64,000 bases of DNA from Eledone cirrhosa (Eukaryota): the NCBI GenBank assembly GCA_964016885.1, contig OZ024746.1:45074001-45138000 (forward strand). The letters run 5' to 3'. Positions 28,002-42,274 of this stretch are shown piece by piece; the stretch's first letter is position 1; each line of letters starts with the position of its first letter. Below the pieces are notes generated by a model, which searched no databases, had not been told where the DNA came from, and saw only the letters and a list, made by a program, of their open reading frames with translations. The position numbers were made by a program, and so were the translations under genes.

Positions 28002-28042
<41 letters not shown>

Positions 28043-28259
28043 GTTGAATGCTATGGTTGACGGAGGCTCGGCTCTGTAAGGTACAGTAATTTTTAACCGC
28101 TATAACAATTGTAAATTGTTTAAAACTTTAACCAAGTTGTAGATAAAAACACCCTCCTCCTCGTGAGATGGGTCTTTCTGCCCGTTATTTGGCCCTTCGG
28201 GGTTAAATAACCGCTTATTCGGGTTTTGTGCCCAATATTCATTTTAAACCAAAAAAAAC

Positions 28260-30411
28260 ATGGCTACAAAAAAGAATTTTCACAAGTCACTCCCACTCAT
28301 TCCGTCTTCTTCTTCCTCAATCGTCACTACATCAGAGAGAAGATTGTCTCTCTCCCTCCCTTCTCTAAATGTGTCTCTCTCCCTCGCGTCTCTTTCGCAA
28401 GCGACGCCAGTAAAGAAAAAGAAAAATATAGTTTCTGATAGTTTCCTCGCGCACGTGCAAACCGAGGAACATTTCTCCACGACGACGACAACGACGAATA
28501 ATGTGTGCGGTAAATACGGAAACCCATTTCATTCGTCTGACGTCATGAATAATAGCAGTAGCTGCCGTAATAACAGCAGCAGCAGCAACAGTGACAAGGA
28601 AAACAATAGTAGCAGCCGCAACAGCAGCAGCAGCAGCATAAACAACAACAGCATTAGCAGCAACAACAACAGCAGCAGCAGCAACAACAACAACCACAGC
28701 AACAGCGGTAGCGGCAGTGGTAGTACCAGTAGCAACAACAAAAGTAACAGCAGCTCTGACGACAACAATAACGACAAGAAAGAAAAACCAATCTCGTTTG
28801 CAGGTATCGCAAAGAACCTGGAAACCATCCTTATAACAAATGAGGAATTACAGGAAGCAAAGAAGATGGTGACGAAAACCGGACACCGAGCAAACGCAAG
28901 GCAGCCGAAAAACTTTTCGAACCCAACAGCACTGTACGGTCACGTACCGTACAGTAAGCACAAAATCCCGTAGTGTTGAAAGAGCCAAAGAGGCTCAAAT
29001 ACAAAAAGCCTTAGGGTCTGTGTGGCAGCGGAAAACGCATATCACCCGAGGCAAGAAATATGCCACCGTAGACGTGCTTTTTGCCACACCCCAGGAGGCA
29101 AAGGCTCAATCCTTAGTGACCCTAAGGAGCGAGGAAATGGTGTTGGTGCCCTCCTACTGCGGGAAAAAACTTGTAAGGGTCATACTGACTCCCCGGGTGG
29201 GCCCTTTCTTGTCTGGGCGCGTCTGTCCTCGTCGGAATAGAGGACAAAACAACTGTACTGCAAGTACAGAAAAAGTGAGAGAAGATTGGGTCGGCACCTC
29301 CATTGAGATGTTAATCTAAACCAACCAGGAGTGCTTCGAAGCTATCACGGATGTGATAGACTTCGATAACGGCACTCAACTGCCCATAAGTGTTGAGGGC
29401 AAACGCCCGAAATGCTTTCACTGTGGATCGAAGACTCACCTCAGGGCCCTTTGCAATGAGAAGACCCTGAGAAAGGAGAAAACCCCCCTCCTTCCGAAGC
29501 CGGCTCCACTGCTACCAGCAACAGGACAAGCGGCAATCAGGAACGATAGGTCCGTGGCACCCATACCCACGCCACGGAAATCAAGAACAGCAGCAGCAGT
29601 GGAAGTATTAACAACAACAACAGTAATACCAAATGCAGCTGCAACAGAGACTCCACTGCAAACATCACCAACAACAACAAGTGAAAGAGTGGAGCTGGTA
29701 CCCCTCCCCGACCTCACAGAACCAGACATTGGGTGTGAGGTGGGAGAGGGATGGCAAAAGGTCGCAAGAAGGCACAAACGCAGAAGCAGCACATCGTCGC
29801 CTTCGAAAAGGGAGGAAAGAAAGGAAAAAAGGTTAAAGGTTACTGCAAAGAGACTAAAAGCAGCAACACCACCAACACCATCACCACCATCGCCACCATC
29901 ACTAGCACCACCATCACCACCGGCAACAACCCCACCGCCAACAACAACAACACCGTCAACACCACCACTACAAGCACCAACATCGCAAACACAAAAAAAC
30001 ACACACACCCAGCAACAACGACAAGAAAATAGCAGAACCACACCCCACTCCCAGAAAAACAAATGCACAGCAATAAATATACACAAGAAATTAATGACTT
30101 ACATAATTGAACACACAGATATTTCACAGCACGACTACATAATACCAGCACCAATCAAAACACCAACGAACATAAGACTGGTAAAAATAGCACAGAAACA
30201 ATACACAAACATTAAAACGAAATTCCCCAACGCTGTTGGTGATCTCAGAGACCTAGGAGGGACACTCAACCGGAGGGTATATTCGGATATACTTACAGAA
30301 GTGCCAACGACCAGCCGAAGGGGCGATTCAACAGTCCCTTCACCAGACGACCAGCCGAAGGGGCGATTCAACAGTCCCTTCACCAGACGATCAAGTGAAA
30401 AGGGATGGTGA
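28260..30411 (+). pseudogene. ORF1 of A2
   Basis: Translations identical to A1 ORF1 fragments. Confidence 0.8.
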
Positions 30412-30479
30412 AACCATCCTTCCTCTGCGAGAAGAAGTAAGGTAAGTGGTCTTCACCATCTTTTCCACTCTATTTCAAC

Positions 30480-33400
30480 ATGACCTCACTCAGAATAGGC
30501 AGCATAAATGCGCGTGGCATGGGGTCGTCATGGAAGCAGGGACCCCTGCTCAACGACCTCAGGTCACTAAACATAGATGTAGTGGCCATCAGCGAGACCA
30601 GAATCTTCGAAGCACGGGCCTTCGCACCGATCTTCAGCGGCTACGATGTGTAAGCATCTCCCAGCCGTCCTGGATCGGGGTGAAGGAGTTGCTGCGCTTT
30701 TTCGGAGAGGTTTGGAACTCGCCATACGGGCCATCTTCCTGGACCCAGAAGGTAAGTTGGTGGTGCTGGACGTTACCAGCGGAAACGGGCAAGCTTTCAG
30801 GCTAGTGGCCGTCTATGTCCCGACAGGAGCAGGGCGGCCTGATTTCTTCCGGCGTCTGGAGAACTTTCTTGGAACGTCCCGCTCGTTAGTGTTAGTGGGC
30901 GACTGGAACGGGATCTTAGATGCAAGCTGGGACTGTGTGGGATCAGCGGATAGGGGAGAAGGGTGCAATAGCCTCACCAACCTGCTCAGGCGTTTTGAAC
31001 TGTCTGACAGGTACCGATTGGATTTCCCGGATTTGCCAATGTGGACTTGGACAAATCGCATTGGGTCATCCAGATCATATCTAGATAGAGTATTTTGTAG
31101 GGAAATAGATAGGTCTTGCATAGGCTGTCCACAATTCAAGATAGTCAGCTACACGGACCACAAATTCGTGATCTGTGTGCTTGACTGCTTGACTTAGATA
31201 GGCCTCATAGAGGAGGACCCGGATACTGGAAGCTAAACGGGACCTTACCAGCGCGCAAGGCCTACAAAGAACGGATTAGCGAACTAGTTAAGCGGACGTT
31301 GACGGGGGCCATCGTCAACAAGTGGTGGTTTGCTCTGAAAAGAGCGATTAGAATATAGTCAATTAGGTTTAGTAAGGCTTTAGCAATAGAGAAAAATAGA
31401 GCAGAGGGAGAATTAGTTAGAAAACTAGCCGAGGTGCTTAGCAAAGGCATCGCGACCGACGTACTTGCGGCGAAATTGGCCCTTGACCAATTCTTCAATG
31501 CAAAGCACGAAGGCTGCGTTGTCAAAGCTAGGGTGCGTACTCTCAGACACGAGGGGACGAAAGCCGTTCAATGGGCCACGATCCGGTCTTTGGTGAACCA
31601 CGCCGGGCGCATGCTACTCGATCCCGGGCAAATGTGTGAAGCTTTTTAGCGACATTTCGCACAGCTGTTCGGGGGCAGCGGCGGGCCGGATCGAGGGTTG
31701 GACGTTAGTGTTTACCTAGACGGACTGCCGCGGCTCGGCCACTGAGGCGGAGTGTTGCGAAAGCCGATAACAGCCGCTGAAGTACGGGAGGCAATGACTG
31801 GCTGCACAACGGGTAAATCGCCTGGTTTGGATGGTCTTCCCTATTAACTTTACGTACAGATGCCAGACCTGTTCGGAGGCCTCTTGGCGGACGTCTACTG
31901 CAACTGGCAACAGAACGGGAGAATTCCCAGCTCTGTGAGCCGAGGAGCGGTGGCGCTGCTAAGAAAGGATCCGAACAAGGGGGATAACATAGATAATTTC
32001 AGGCCCATAACTCTGCTAAACACGGCGTTCAAGATTTTGGCCAAGAGGTTGGCGCTTGTCGTTGGTGGTCTGGTGGGAGAGGCGCAGACATGCGCAATTC
32101 CCGACAGATCCATCCACCACAACCTCCACCTCATGCGATACATCGTAGAGAGGATAGCTAGGGAACCTGGCACGGGAGGGTCCTTGATCAATTTAGATCA
32201 GTCGAAAGCTTTCGATAGGGTCGACATCTGCTCTGTGGTGAGAGTGAACGGTCACCTTTCGGAACCGTTCAACATCATGCGCTCGGTCCGCCAAGGATGT
32301 CTCCTCTCGTCCCTCTTGTACGTATTGACTCTCGAGTCATTACTGCACAAACTGGAGTCGGTGAGGGGCGTCCCGCGCGAACTAGGATGTGGAAGATACG
32401 TGTCAGCATATGCGGACGATGTCACCGTAGTGGTGTCGAACGCCAAACACATCGAGGCGATCGGCACTACACTAAGAGAATACGAAGTGGTGACAGAAGC
32501 AATGATCAACCAGGAAAAGTCAGTGGGCCTGCAGCTCGCCCCTGGAGACGCAGGTCCATGCTGTCCAACAGCGTCGTCGGGCGCTGGACGGACGGACCGG
32601 TTAAATTGCTAGGGGTCTGGTTCGGTCCGGACCTCCAGACGGACAAAAACTGGGACGAGGTGACGAGTAGGGTGGCTTCTCTCACCCAGAAATGGGCGGA
32701 GAGGAAGCTATCCCTGAAAGGTCGAGCGGAGGTGGCTAACGCGTACATCGCATCCGTCATCTACTACCGCCTGACCGTCGTACCTTGTCCTAAGCCCGCC
32801 TGACTGCGCTGGAGCGTTTGCTCTTTCGCTTCTTGTGGAAGGGACGCGCTCCGATTGTCAGGCGGTCCATCTGCTGTCAACACCAGCTACGTGGAGGGCT
32901 GGGCATGCCGTGGCTGATGATGCGCAGACACGCGCTCAGGCTACGACATCTCCACCTCTTCCTCGACGGTGATCAGGTGTGGTCGCCGTTTGCTAGACGC
33001 GTTTTTCCCCAGCTCGTCTCCTTGACGGAGCTGCAGTCCTGGGTCAAGCGAAGACCGAGAGGGTGCGCTTGGAGACTGGAATGTCTTCTGGCGCTCACAG
33101 CCCTCGACCAATCGGGCAATGTGATCGGTGGAAACTCCACCTTGGTTTTCTATAGGGGATTAGTGGAGGGGAAGAGCGACGACGTACTTGGAGAAACTCT
33201 AGGCGTCGACGAAAATCAATTAGCCAATCTCTTCGGAAGGACTTTCGGGCCGGGGCCTATGGACAACTTCCAGAAATCCCTGGCCTGGCAGTGCTACCGG
33301 GGAGCTTTGCCAGTTCGGGATAAACTCTACCGGGATAGAGGTGCTGTCAGCCGGGCATGTTCGAGATGCGCACAGGGCGACGAAACCGTCCTGCACGCAC

Positions 33401-33774
33401 TCGTCCAGTGTCCGAGCATTGCTGACTTGTGGGTTTATGTCGAACACCTGCTGTCACGTGTAGGACGGATCCAGCTATCATCTGAGTCCATCGTGAGGAT
33501 TGCCCCGCCCTCTTCCTTTAGCCGGGAAGGGCAGGCAATTTTTATCTGTCTGGTGGCCATGGCGAAAGAGATAGTATAGTGCACACGTTTGAAAGGGCTG
33601 AAGACGAGCACTTACCTCTTCGGTGATGCCCTGATTAACTTTTTCAAATTTCATTTGAAAAGGAAAATCAGGGTAGAGAGGGAAGTGCTCTCTTCCCAGC
33701 ATTTTGTTGAAAGATGGGTGAGAGAAGCAAGTATGGCCCGAATGAATGGGCCTTCTCTGAGTATGTGTCTGTAA
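30480..33774 (+). pseudogene. ORF2 of A2 (APE-RT), multiply disrupted
   Basis: Fragments 30646-31197, 31860-32612, 32818-33579 and 33589-33774; YADD retained. Confidence 0.9.
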
Positions 33775-34053
33775 ATTAAAGGTGGAAAACTGGGAGAGGG
33801 CACTTGCCCTGGTGGTCAGGGTCACTGTGGGCTTTTAATGGGCTTTCTCCACAAATGTCCCTCGGAAGACTCCTCCCTATTGGGGAATTTTTCTTTGTTA
33901 TTTTATTACATCCTCTGTTTTTTTACACGTAGAAATGCCCATTTGTACCATCCTGTATTGTCCTGTACTGTCCTTAATGTCTACTTTATGTAAACCCTTG
34001 TGGTTAATAAAGAATACATTATTATTATTATTATTATTATTATTGTTGTTATT

Positions 34054-36629
34054 CCTTGAATCTCAGTCATTGATGTTGGTTAACTGGAAAGTCCGTTGGA
34101 ATGAATATCAAGCCACTACCTGCAGCCTCAGATATTCAGGACGTATCGGAGGGTTCTTGCTGTTCCAAGCAAGCATGCCTTTTGAAGCGTTCCAAAAAGC
34201 GTGAAGGGGCCGATTTTCTTTAACCATCCCTGGAAACTTTTGGTGATAGTCCCCAGTGCGCCTATGACAATCGGGATCACTTTGACTTCATGGCAGTTCC
34301 AAATCCTTTTCACCTCCCACTTTAGGTCCTGGTATCGGTTAATGTTCTCCCTCTCCTTCTCTTGCACTCTCGTGTCGAAAGGGCAGGCCATATCCACAAT
34401 CAGACACGATCTTTTTTCTTTGTCCACAACCACCAGGTCAGGTCTATTGTGTTCCAGTTTTTTGTCCGTCTGTATCCTAAAATCCCACAGCACCTTCACC
34501 TGATTGTTCTCCATCACCGCCTCTGGCCTATGCTCATACCATTTCTCAGAATGTGGTAAATTGTTTACTTTGCACAGGGGCCGTTGGATCACCCTGCTCA
34601 TCACATCGTGTCTCCAGCCCTTATAGTGGGTCTGGGCTAGGTGTTTACACTCGGACACAATGTGAGCCACAGTCTCCTCTCTCTCTCCACAGATCCTGCA
34701 CAGTGGGCTAGCCTCCTCCTTGTAAATATGGTGCTTCAACCACTTCGTTTTGAGGGCCTGCTCCTGCGCAGCCATTAGCATTCCTTCTGTAGCCATTTTG
34801 AGGTCTCCTCTTCTCAACCAGTTCCATGTCTGTGGATCTCTAAATTCAGTTTTCTCAAAGAAGGTACTATGAAGGGATTTTCCCTTAAGGCTGCTCTTCC
34901 TCCATTGATGTTATTTCCTCCTTGGACTTCCCCTGGCCTACTGTCCCCTCCTTCAGTACAGTTCTGAGCATTGGCTCCTTACTGTAGGTCACGTATTTGT
35001 ATAGGTTGTTTTTCTCCATCTGAACACAGTCCTCTATGCTGATAAGACCTCTTCCACCCTCAGATCTCCTTAGGTAGAGTCTATCGACATCACTCCACTT
35101 GTGGAACATGTTGTAGATAGTCTTCCTATCCATTTCTTTTTGTTCAGCAACATTCCATCTCAGAATTCCCGCACTGTACCTAATAATAGACACAGCTCGG
35201 GAATTTACTGCGCTTATGGCATTTCTGCTGTTCAGATGTGACTTCAATACGCTCCTTACTCTCCGAATGTATTCAGTTCTTAACAATTCCTTCATTTTTT
35301 TATTCTTTATGCCATCAGCCTCCAGAACGCCCAAATACTTGTATCCTTCCTCAGAGTCAATTTCCTTTATCATCTCACCTGTTGGTATCTGGATCCCGTT
35401 ACTTCTGCTCAACCTACCCCTCCTCATCACAATGACTCCACATTTACTAATACCAAACTGCATACATATATCACTGCTGAAAATACGGACAGTGTCAACA
35501 AGCACATCCAACTCCTTCTCACTTTTCCCGAAGAGCTTAAGATCGTCCATGAAGAGGAGGTGATTGATGGTAAGCTCTCCCTTTCCCAACTTGTATCCTG
35601 CTCTCACTTTTCGCAGCTTAATGGTCAAGGGCATCAGGGCAAGGACAAACAACAGAGGGGACAGGCTATCTCCCTGGAAGATACCTCTCTTGATCTTCAC
35701 GCTTCCCAAGGATACTCCAGTTTGATGTCAACTCTGTCTCCCAGGACCCCATACTCCTGCCCAGCAACTGTCTGATGTTATCTGCCACCCTGAAGATCTC
35801 CAGGCTTTTGGTGATCCAAGAATTAGGCACCATGTCAAATGCCTTTCTGTAGTCTATCCATCCCATGGCAAGATCAGTGTGTCTCCTCCTGCAATTCCCC
35901 ATTACCATCCTATCAATAAGTAACTGGTCCTTTGTACCACGTGACTTCTTTCGGCATCCTTTCTGTTCGTCCGGTAACAAGTTGTTTGTGTGGAGGTGAT
36001 GGTAGATTTCCTCAGACACAATGCTCGTCAACAAGTTTCCACATTACGGACAGACATGTGATAGGTCTATAGTTGGTAACATCATTACCCTTGATTCGGT
36101 ATTTCATTATCAGAACCGTGGTACCTTTTGTCAACCACTCTGGCACCTCACCCGACACCAAGCAGTCATTGAACATGGCCGTCAGCTTCGGGTGGAGGGA
36201 TGTTAAATTTTTAATCCAATACCCCTGCACACCATCTGGGCCTGGTGATTTCCAGTTGGTTAGTTTTTTGGCCTGCCCCTTAAGAGTTTCAACTGTGATA
36301 CTCAAACAGTTTGTTGGTGTGCCTGCTCACCGATCTCCCTCTGTACTGTCTCAATCCACCCTGCCTGGACATTATGTCTAACATCCTGCTCCCATATTCC
36401 TCTCCAGAATGTTTTAGTTTGCTCCGCCCCAGGGATCAAGTCGTTGCCTCTTTCTTTCCCCTCAAGCTGTCCAAACAGCATCTTCTGGTTGTTGTCGAAC
36501 ATGCGGTTCTGTTTATACTGACTGACTCTGTTCTCGTATCCCCTGATTTTTGCACTCTTTGCTACAATGCGTTGCTTCAGTTCGTCTATGATAATATTTA
36601 GCTTTTTCCTCCTAGTTTTGTACTTTATT
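34054..36629 (-). mobile_element. R4/Dong-like RLE non-LTR element D1, 5'-truncated
   Basis: [61 protein letters not shown] (restriction-like endonuclease); sense-strand (TAA)n tail. Confidence 0.9.
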
Positions 36630-36861
36630 ATTATTATTATTATTATTATTATTGGCGACCTACGTAGTAAATCGTATCATTGTGAGCTCCGCAAAGGTTT
36701 GTTATTTCCGTTTGTTAAAAATTGTCATTTATGGAAAATGTTATTGTTAACTGTTTATAAGCGCACATACATTGTTTTCCGAAAAGGACACCCAAAAAGA
36801 TTGGGGCCTTGTGCCCAAAATTTAAACTTTTATTATTATCAAAAAAATTTCTTTGAAAAAA

Positions 36862-38820
36862 ATGGCTAATTCACCTCTGCACGAAGCAGCTGAAAGCCTT
36901 CCTCACAAATTAACACCTCACACCGACACCACCATTGTAAATGTTACTACGTTTGCCAACACAAAAAAAATATAAGCACTAGCAATATTTTAAATTTGTC
37001 TCAGGCAGACATTCATTTCCCGCCATTACCAATGACTGCAGGTGTTAAAGCCTCCACCACCACCACCACCACCGCGACAACAGAAACAAAAGAAGAAAAA
37101 AATAAATTAACTCGTGATGTCGAAATGAAATTAAGCAAAATGGACTCTTCCCCACCAAAGACGACTGACGTCACCACCACCACAACTGAAACTAAAATTA
37201 ATATTAACGATAGCAACAACAACAACAATGACATTATAAAAACCCCCCTCAGTTTCCCCAGAGTAGCAAAACAGTTCGAAGCATTTACGGTAACTCAGGA
37301 GGATTTAGAAAATGCCAAACAAATGGTAAAGAAAGATGGGTACAGGGTCATTCCCCCCCCCCACACACCTAATAAAATGGAGCATCGGCGCCTATGCACC
37401 GTGTCGTATAGAACAATAAATGTAAAATCGCGCCGAGTGGAACGGGCATCCGAGTCCCAAATCCAAAAAGCTTTGGGACATGTGTGGGCAAGAAAAACCC
37501 ACATCTGACGTGGGCAAAAGTATGGAACCGTGGACGTATTCTTTGAAACACCACAGGAGGCTAGAGAACACTCCATGGCCCCATTAAGAAGTGACGACTT
37601 CACACTCGTCCCAAGCTATTGTGGCCAGAGACTCGTAAAGATCAGGGTGACCCACGTTCCACCGGCCATCGAAATTCCCTGGCTAATAGCGGCTGTCCTA
37701 GCCGGCATCGAAGCCAACACGAAAATAATAGCAATAGCAAAAGAAAAGCAGGAGAACTGGTCCGGATCTGGGATGGAGCTCCTGATCCAAGCGGACCAAA
37801 AAAGCATTGAGGAGGTCCCAGAGGTAATAGACCTCACTGACGGCAGCCACCTCACGGTAATTGTCGAGGGAAAAAGACCTAGGTGTGTCGTTTGTGGTGA
37901 AGGAACCCACCTAAGGGCTTTCTGCCCTCAGGCTAAAAGGTTGAGGCCACCACTCCTACCCACCCCAGTGACACAACCATCAACACCACCAGTAGCAGAG
38001 ATGGCAGCAACAACTGTAGCAGCAACAACAGAAGCAACTATAACAGCAACAACCCCAGCAACAGTAGCAAAACCAACACCACCACCACCACCAGCAAAAC
38101 CAACACCACCACCTCCCAACGCTTCAGAACTAGCACCAGTGCCTACACCATCCACCACGCCACAAGCAAAACTAACGCCTGTGAAGGATTTTCCAGTCCC
38201 CGGCCTATCACAACTGGAGACAGATTGTGACGACGAGGAGTGGGAAACGATATCCGGAAAAAAAAAGAAACCAAAAAAGAAAAAATTCTCTTCCTTCCCC
38301 CTCCAAAAACAAAATACAGAGGGAAACAAATAAATTAAGAAACAAAAAAGTTAGGACAGATATACCACCATCCACACCAGCATCACCAACCCCATCAACC
38401 CAAACACCAACACCATCACCATCATTAACCCCAACACCACCATCACCTACACCACAAAAGTCACCAAAATGCGAAACAGAAACAATCCCACAACAAACGC
38501 AAACAAAACAAAACAACCAAAACGATACACACTACACAGCATTAAATTTGAACAACAAGCAATTATTACACTACATCCAACACAACACCAGCATCACAGA
38601 AAGAGACTACACAACAACCCCAAAATTGACACCACCTCCACACATACAAATCACTCGCATCACACAGAAAACGTACATGACACTAAAACAAAAATTCCCC
38701 AAAGTCATCGGAGACTTCCGACAAGCACTCTCCAGGAGGATTTATAAGGACATCCTTCCTGAGGAGGCCACAAGCAGTGAAAAGGATGGAAAAACCGTCC
38801 TTCCCCTACGAGAAGTAAGG
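36862..38820 (+). pseudogene. ORF1 of B, broken
   Basis: Fragments 36996-37508, 37530-38333 and 38227 onward; homologous to but clearly diverged from A ORF1. Confidence 0.75.
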
Positions 38821-38857
38821 CAAGTGGTCTTTCCCATCTTTTCCACTCCTTTTCAAC

Positions 38858-41800
38858 ATGACCTCACTCAGAATAGGCAGCATAAATGCGCGTGGCTTGG
38901 GGTCGTCATGGAAGCAGGGCCACCTGCTCAACGACCTCAGGTCACTAAACATAGATGTAGTGGCCATCAGCGAGACCAGAATCTTCGAAGCACAGGCTTT
39001 CGCACCGAACTTTGGCGGCTACGATGTGTACGCATCTCCCAGCCGTCCGGGATCGGGGGGAGGAGTTGCTGTGCTTTTTCGTAGAGGTTTGGATTTTGCC
39101 ATACGGGCCATCTTCCTGGACCCAGAAGGTAAGTTGGTGTTGCTGGACGTGACCAGCGGAGACGGCCAAGCTTTCAGGTTAGTGGCCGTCTATGCCCCGA
39201 CAGGAGCAGGGCGGCCTGATTTCTTCCGGCGTCTGGAGAACTTTCTTGGAACTTGGCTCGTTAGTGTTAGTGGGCTACTGGAACGGGATCTTAGATGCAC
39301 GCTGGGATTGTGTGGGATTAGTGGATAGGGAAGGAAGGTGCAAGAGTCTCACCAACCTGCTCAGACGTTTTGAACTGTCTGACAGGTACCGAATGGATTT
39401 CCCGAATGTACCAATGTGGACTTGGACAAACCGCATAGGGTCATCCAGATCATATCTAGATAGAGTATTTTGTAGGGAAATAGATAGGTCTAGCATAGGC
39501 TGTCCACAATTCAAGATAGTCAGCTACACGGACCACAAATTCGTGATCTGTGTGCTTGACTTAGATAGGCTTCATAGACGAGGACCCGGCTACTGGAAGC
39601 TAAACGCGTCCTTACCAGCGCGCAAGGCCTACAGAGACCGAATTAGCGAACTAGTTAAGCGGGCGTTCACGGGGGCCATCATCAACCACAAGTGGTGGTT
39701 TGCTCTGAAAAGAGCAATTAGAATAGAGTCCATTAGGTTTAGTAAGACTTTAGCAATAGAGAAAAATAGAGCAGAGGGAGAATTAGTTAGAAAATTAGAT
39801 GAGGCGCTTAGCAAAGGCATCGCGACCGACGTACTTGCGGCGATATTGGCCCTTGACCAATTCTTCAATGCAAAGCACGAAGGCTGCGTTGTCAGAGCTA
39901 GCATGCGTGCTCTCAGACACGAGGGGACGAAAGCCGTTCAATGGGCCCGAGTGGCGGAGGCGCGTCGTGGCAACAAAGCCACGATCCGGTCTTTGGTGGA
40001 CCACGACGGGCGCATGCTACTCGATCCCGGGCAAATGTGTGAAGCTTTTCAGCGACACTTCGCTCAACTGTTCGGGGGCAGTGGCGGGCCGGATCGAGGG
40101 ATGGACTTTAGTGTCTACCTCGACGGACTGCTGCGGCTTTCGGCCACTGAGGCGGAGTGTTGCGAAAAGCCGATAACAAACGCTGAAGTACGGGAGGCAA
40201 TGACTAGTTGCACAAGGGGTAAATCGCCTGGTTTGGATGGTCTGCCCTATGAACTTTACGTACAAATGCCAAACTTGTTCGGAGGCCTCTTGGCGGACGT
40301 CTACTGCAACTGGCAACAGAACGGGAGAATTCCCAGCTCTGTGAGCCGAGGAGCAGTGGCGCTGCTGAGAAAGGATCCGAACAAGGGGGATAACATAGAT
40401 AATGTTAGGCCCATAACTCTGCTAAACACAGAGTTCAAGATTTCGGCCAAGGTGCTAGCAAAGAGGTTGGCGCTTGTCGTTGGTGGTCTGGTGGGAGAGG
40501 CGCAGACATGCGCTATTCCCGACAGATCCATCCACGACAACCTCCACCTCATGCGATACATCGTAGAGAGGGTAGCTAGGGAACCTGGCACGGGTGGGTC
40601 TTTGATCAATTTAGATCAGTCGAAAGCCTTCGATAGGTACGACCATCGTTACCTAGCGGCAGTCCTGAGGGCGGCTGGCTTTGGGCCCGTCTTCAGAGGC
40701 TGGATCGCTGCCATGCACAGCGACATCTGCTCTGTAGTGAGAGTGAACGGTCACCTTTCGGAACCGTTCAACATCATGCGCTCGGTCCGCCAAGGATGTT
40801 CCCTCTCGTCCCTATTGTACGTATTGACTCTCGAGCCATTACTGCACAAACTGGAGACATTGAGGGGGGTCCCGCGCGAACTTGGATGCGGAAGATCCGT
40901 GTCGGCATATGCCGACGATGTCACCTTAGTGGTGTCGAACGCCAAACACATCGAGGCGATCGGCACTACACTAAGAGAATACGAAGTGGTGACAGAAGCA
41001 ATGATCAACCAGGAAAAGTCAGTGGGCCTGTAGCTCGCCCCTGGAGACGCAGGTCCATGCTGTCCAACAGCGTCGTCGGGCGCTGGACGGACGGACCGGT
41101 TAAATTGCTAGGGGTCTGGTTCGGTCCGGACCTCCAGACGGACAAAAACTGGGACGAGGTGACGAGCAGGGTGGCTTCTCTCACCCAGAAATGGGCCGAG
41201 AGAAAGCTATCTCTGAAAGGTCGAGCGGAGGTGGCTAACGCGTACATCGCGTCCGTCATCTACTACCGCCTGACCGTCGTACCTTGTTCTAAGCCCCGCC
41301 TGACTGCGCTGGAGCGCTTGCTCTTTCGCTTCTTGTGGAAGGGACGCGCTCCGATGGTCAGGCGGTCCATCTGCTGTCAACACCCGCTACGTGGAGGGCT
41401 GGACATGCCGTGGCTGATGATGCGCAGATACGCGCTCAGGCTACGACATCTCCACCTCTTCCTCGACGGTGATCAGGTGTGGTCGCTGTTTGCTAGACAC
41501 GTTTTTCCCCAGCTCGTCTCCTTGACGGAGCTGCAGTCCTGGGTCAAGCGAAGACCGAGAGGGAGCGCTTGGAGACTGGAATGTCTTCAGGCGCTCACAG
41601 CCCTCGACCAATCGGGCAATGTGATCGGTGGAAACTCCACCTTAGCGTTCTATAGGGGATTAGTGGAGGGGAAGAGCGACGACGTACTTGGAGAAACTCT
41701 AGGCGTCGAAGAAAATCAAGTAGCCAATCTCTTCGGAAGGACTTTCGGGCCGGGGCCTATGGACAACTTCCAGAAATCCCTGGCCTGGCAGTGCTACCGG

Positions 41801-42274
41801 GGTGCTTTGCCAGTTCGGGATAATCTTTACAGGCATGGAGGTGCCGTCAGCCGGGCATGTCCGAGATGCGCACAGGGCAACGAAACCGTCCTGCACGCAC
41901 TCGTCCAGTGTCCGAGCATTGCTGACTTGTGGGTTTATGTCGAACACCTGCTGTCACGTGTAGGACGGATCCGGCTATCAGCTGAGTCCATCGTGCGTAT
42001 TGCCCCGCCCCCTTCCTTTAGCCGGGAAGGGCAGGCAGTTTTTATCTGTCTGGAGGCCATGGCGAAAGAGATAGTATGGTGGACACGTTTGAAAGGGCTG
42101 AAGACGAGCACATACCTCTTCGGTGATGCCCTGATTAACTTTTTCAAATTTCATTTGAAAAGGAAAATCAGGGTAGAGAGGGAAGTGCTCTCTTCCCAGC
42201 ATTTTGTTGAAAGATGGGTGAGAGAAGCAAGTATGGCCCGAATGAATGGGCCTTCTCTGAGTATGTGTCTGTAA
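38858..42274 (+). pseudogene. ORF2 of B (APE-RT) with frameshifts near 39255 and 41035
   Basis: ORFs 38858-39328, 39192-41033 and 40796-42274 together give a complete APE-RT-ZnF protein. Confidence 0.92.

Larger units (their letters stand above)
21926..28003 (+). mobile_element. Full-length L1/Tx1-like LINE, copy A1 (disabled)
   Basis: 5' leader, ORF1 with CFHCGSKTHLRALC knuckle, APE-RT ORF2, 3'UTR, (TTA)n on both sides. Confidence 0.92.
28043..34017 (+). mobile_element. Full-length L1/Tx1-like LINE, copy A2 (disabled, mosaic)
   Basis: ORF track identical to A1 at offset 6117 until ~32117; then an 81-bp deletion and B-type 3' half. Confidence 0.92.
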
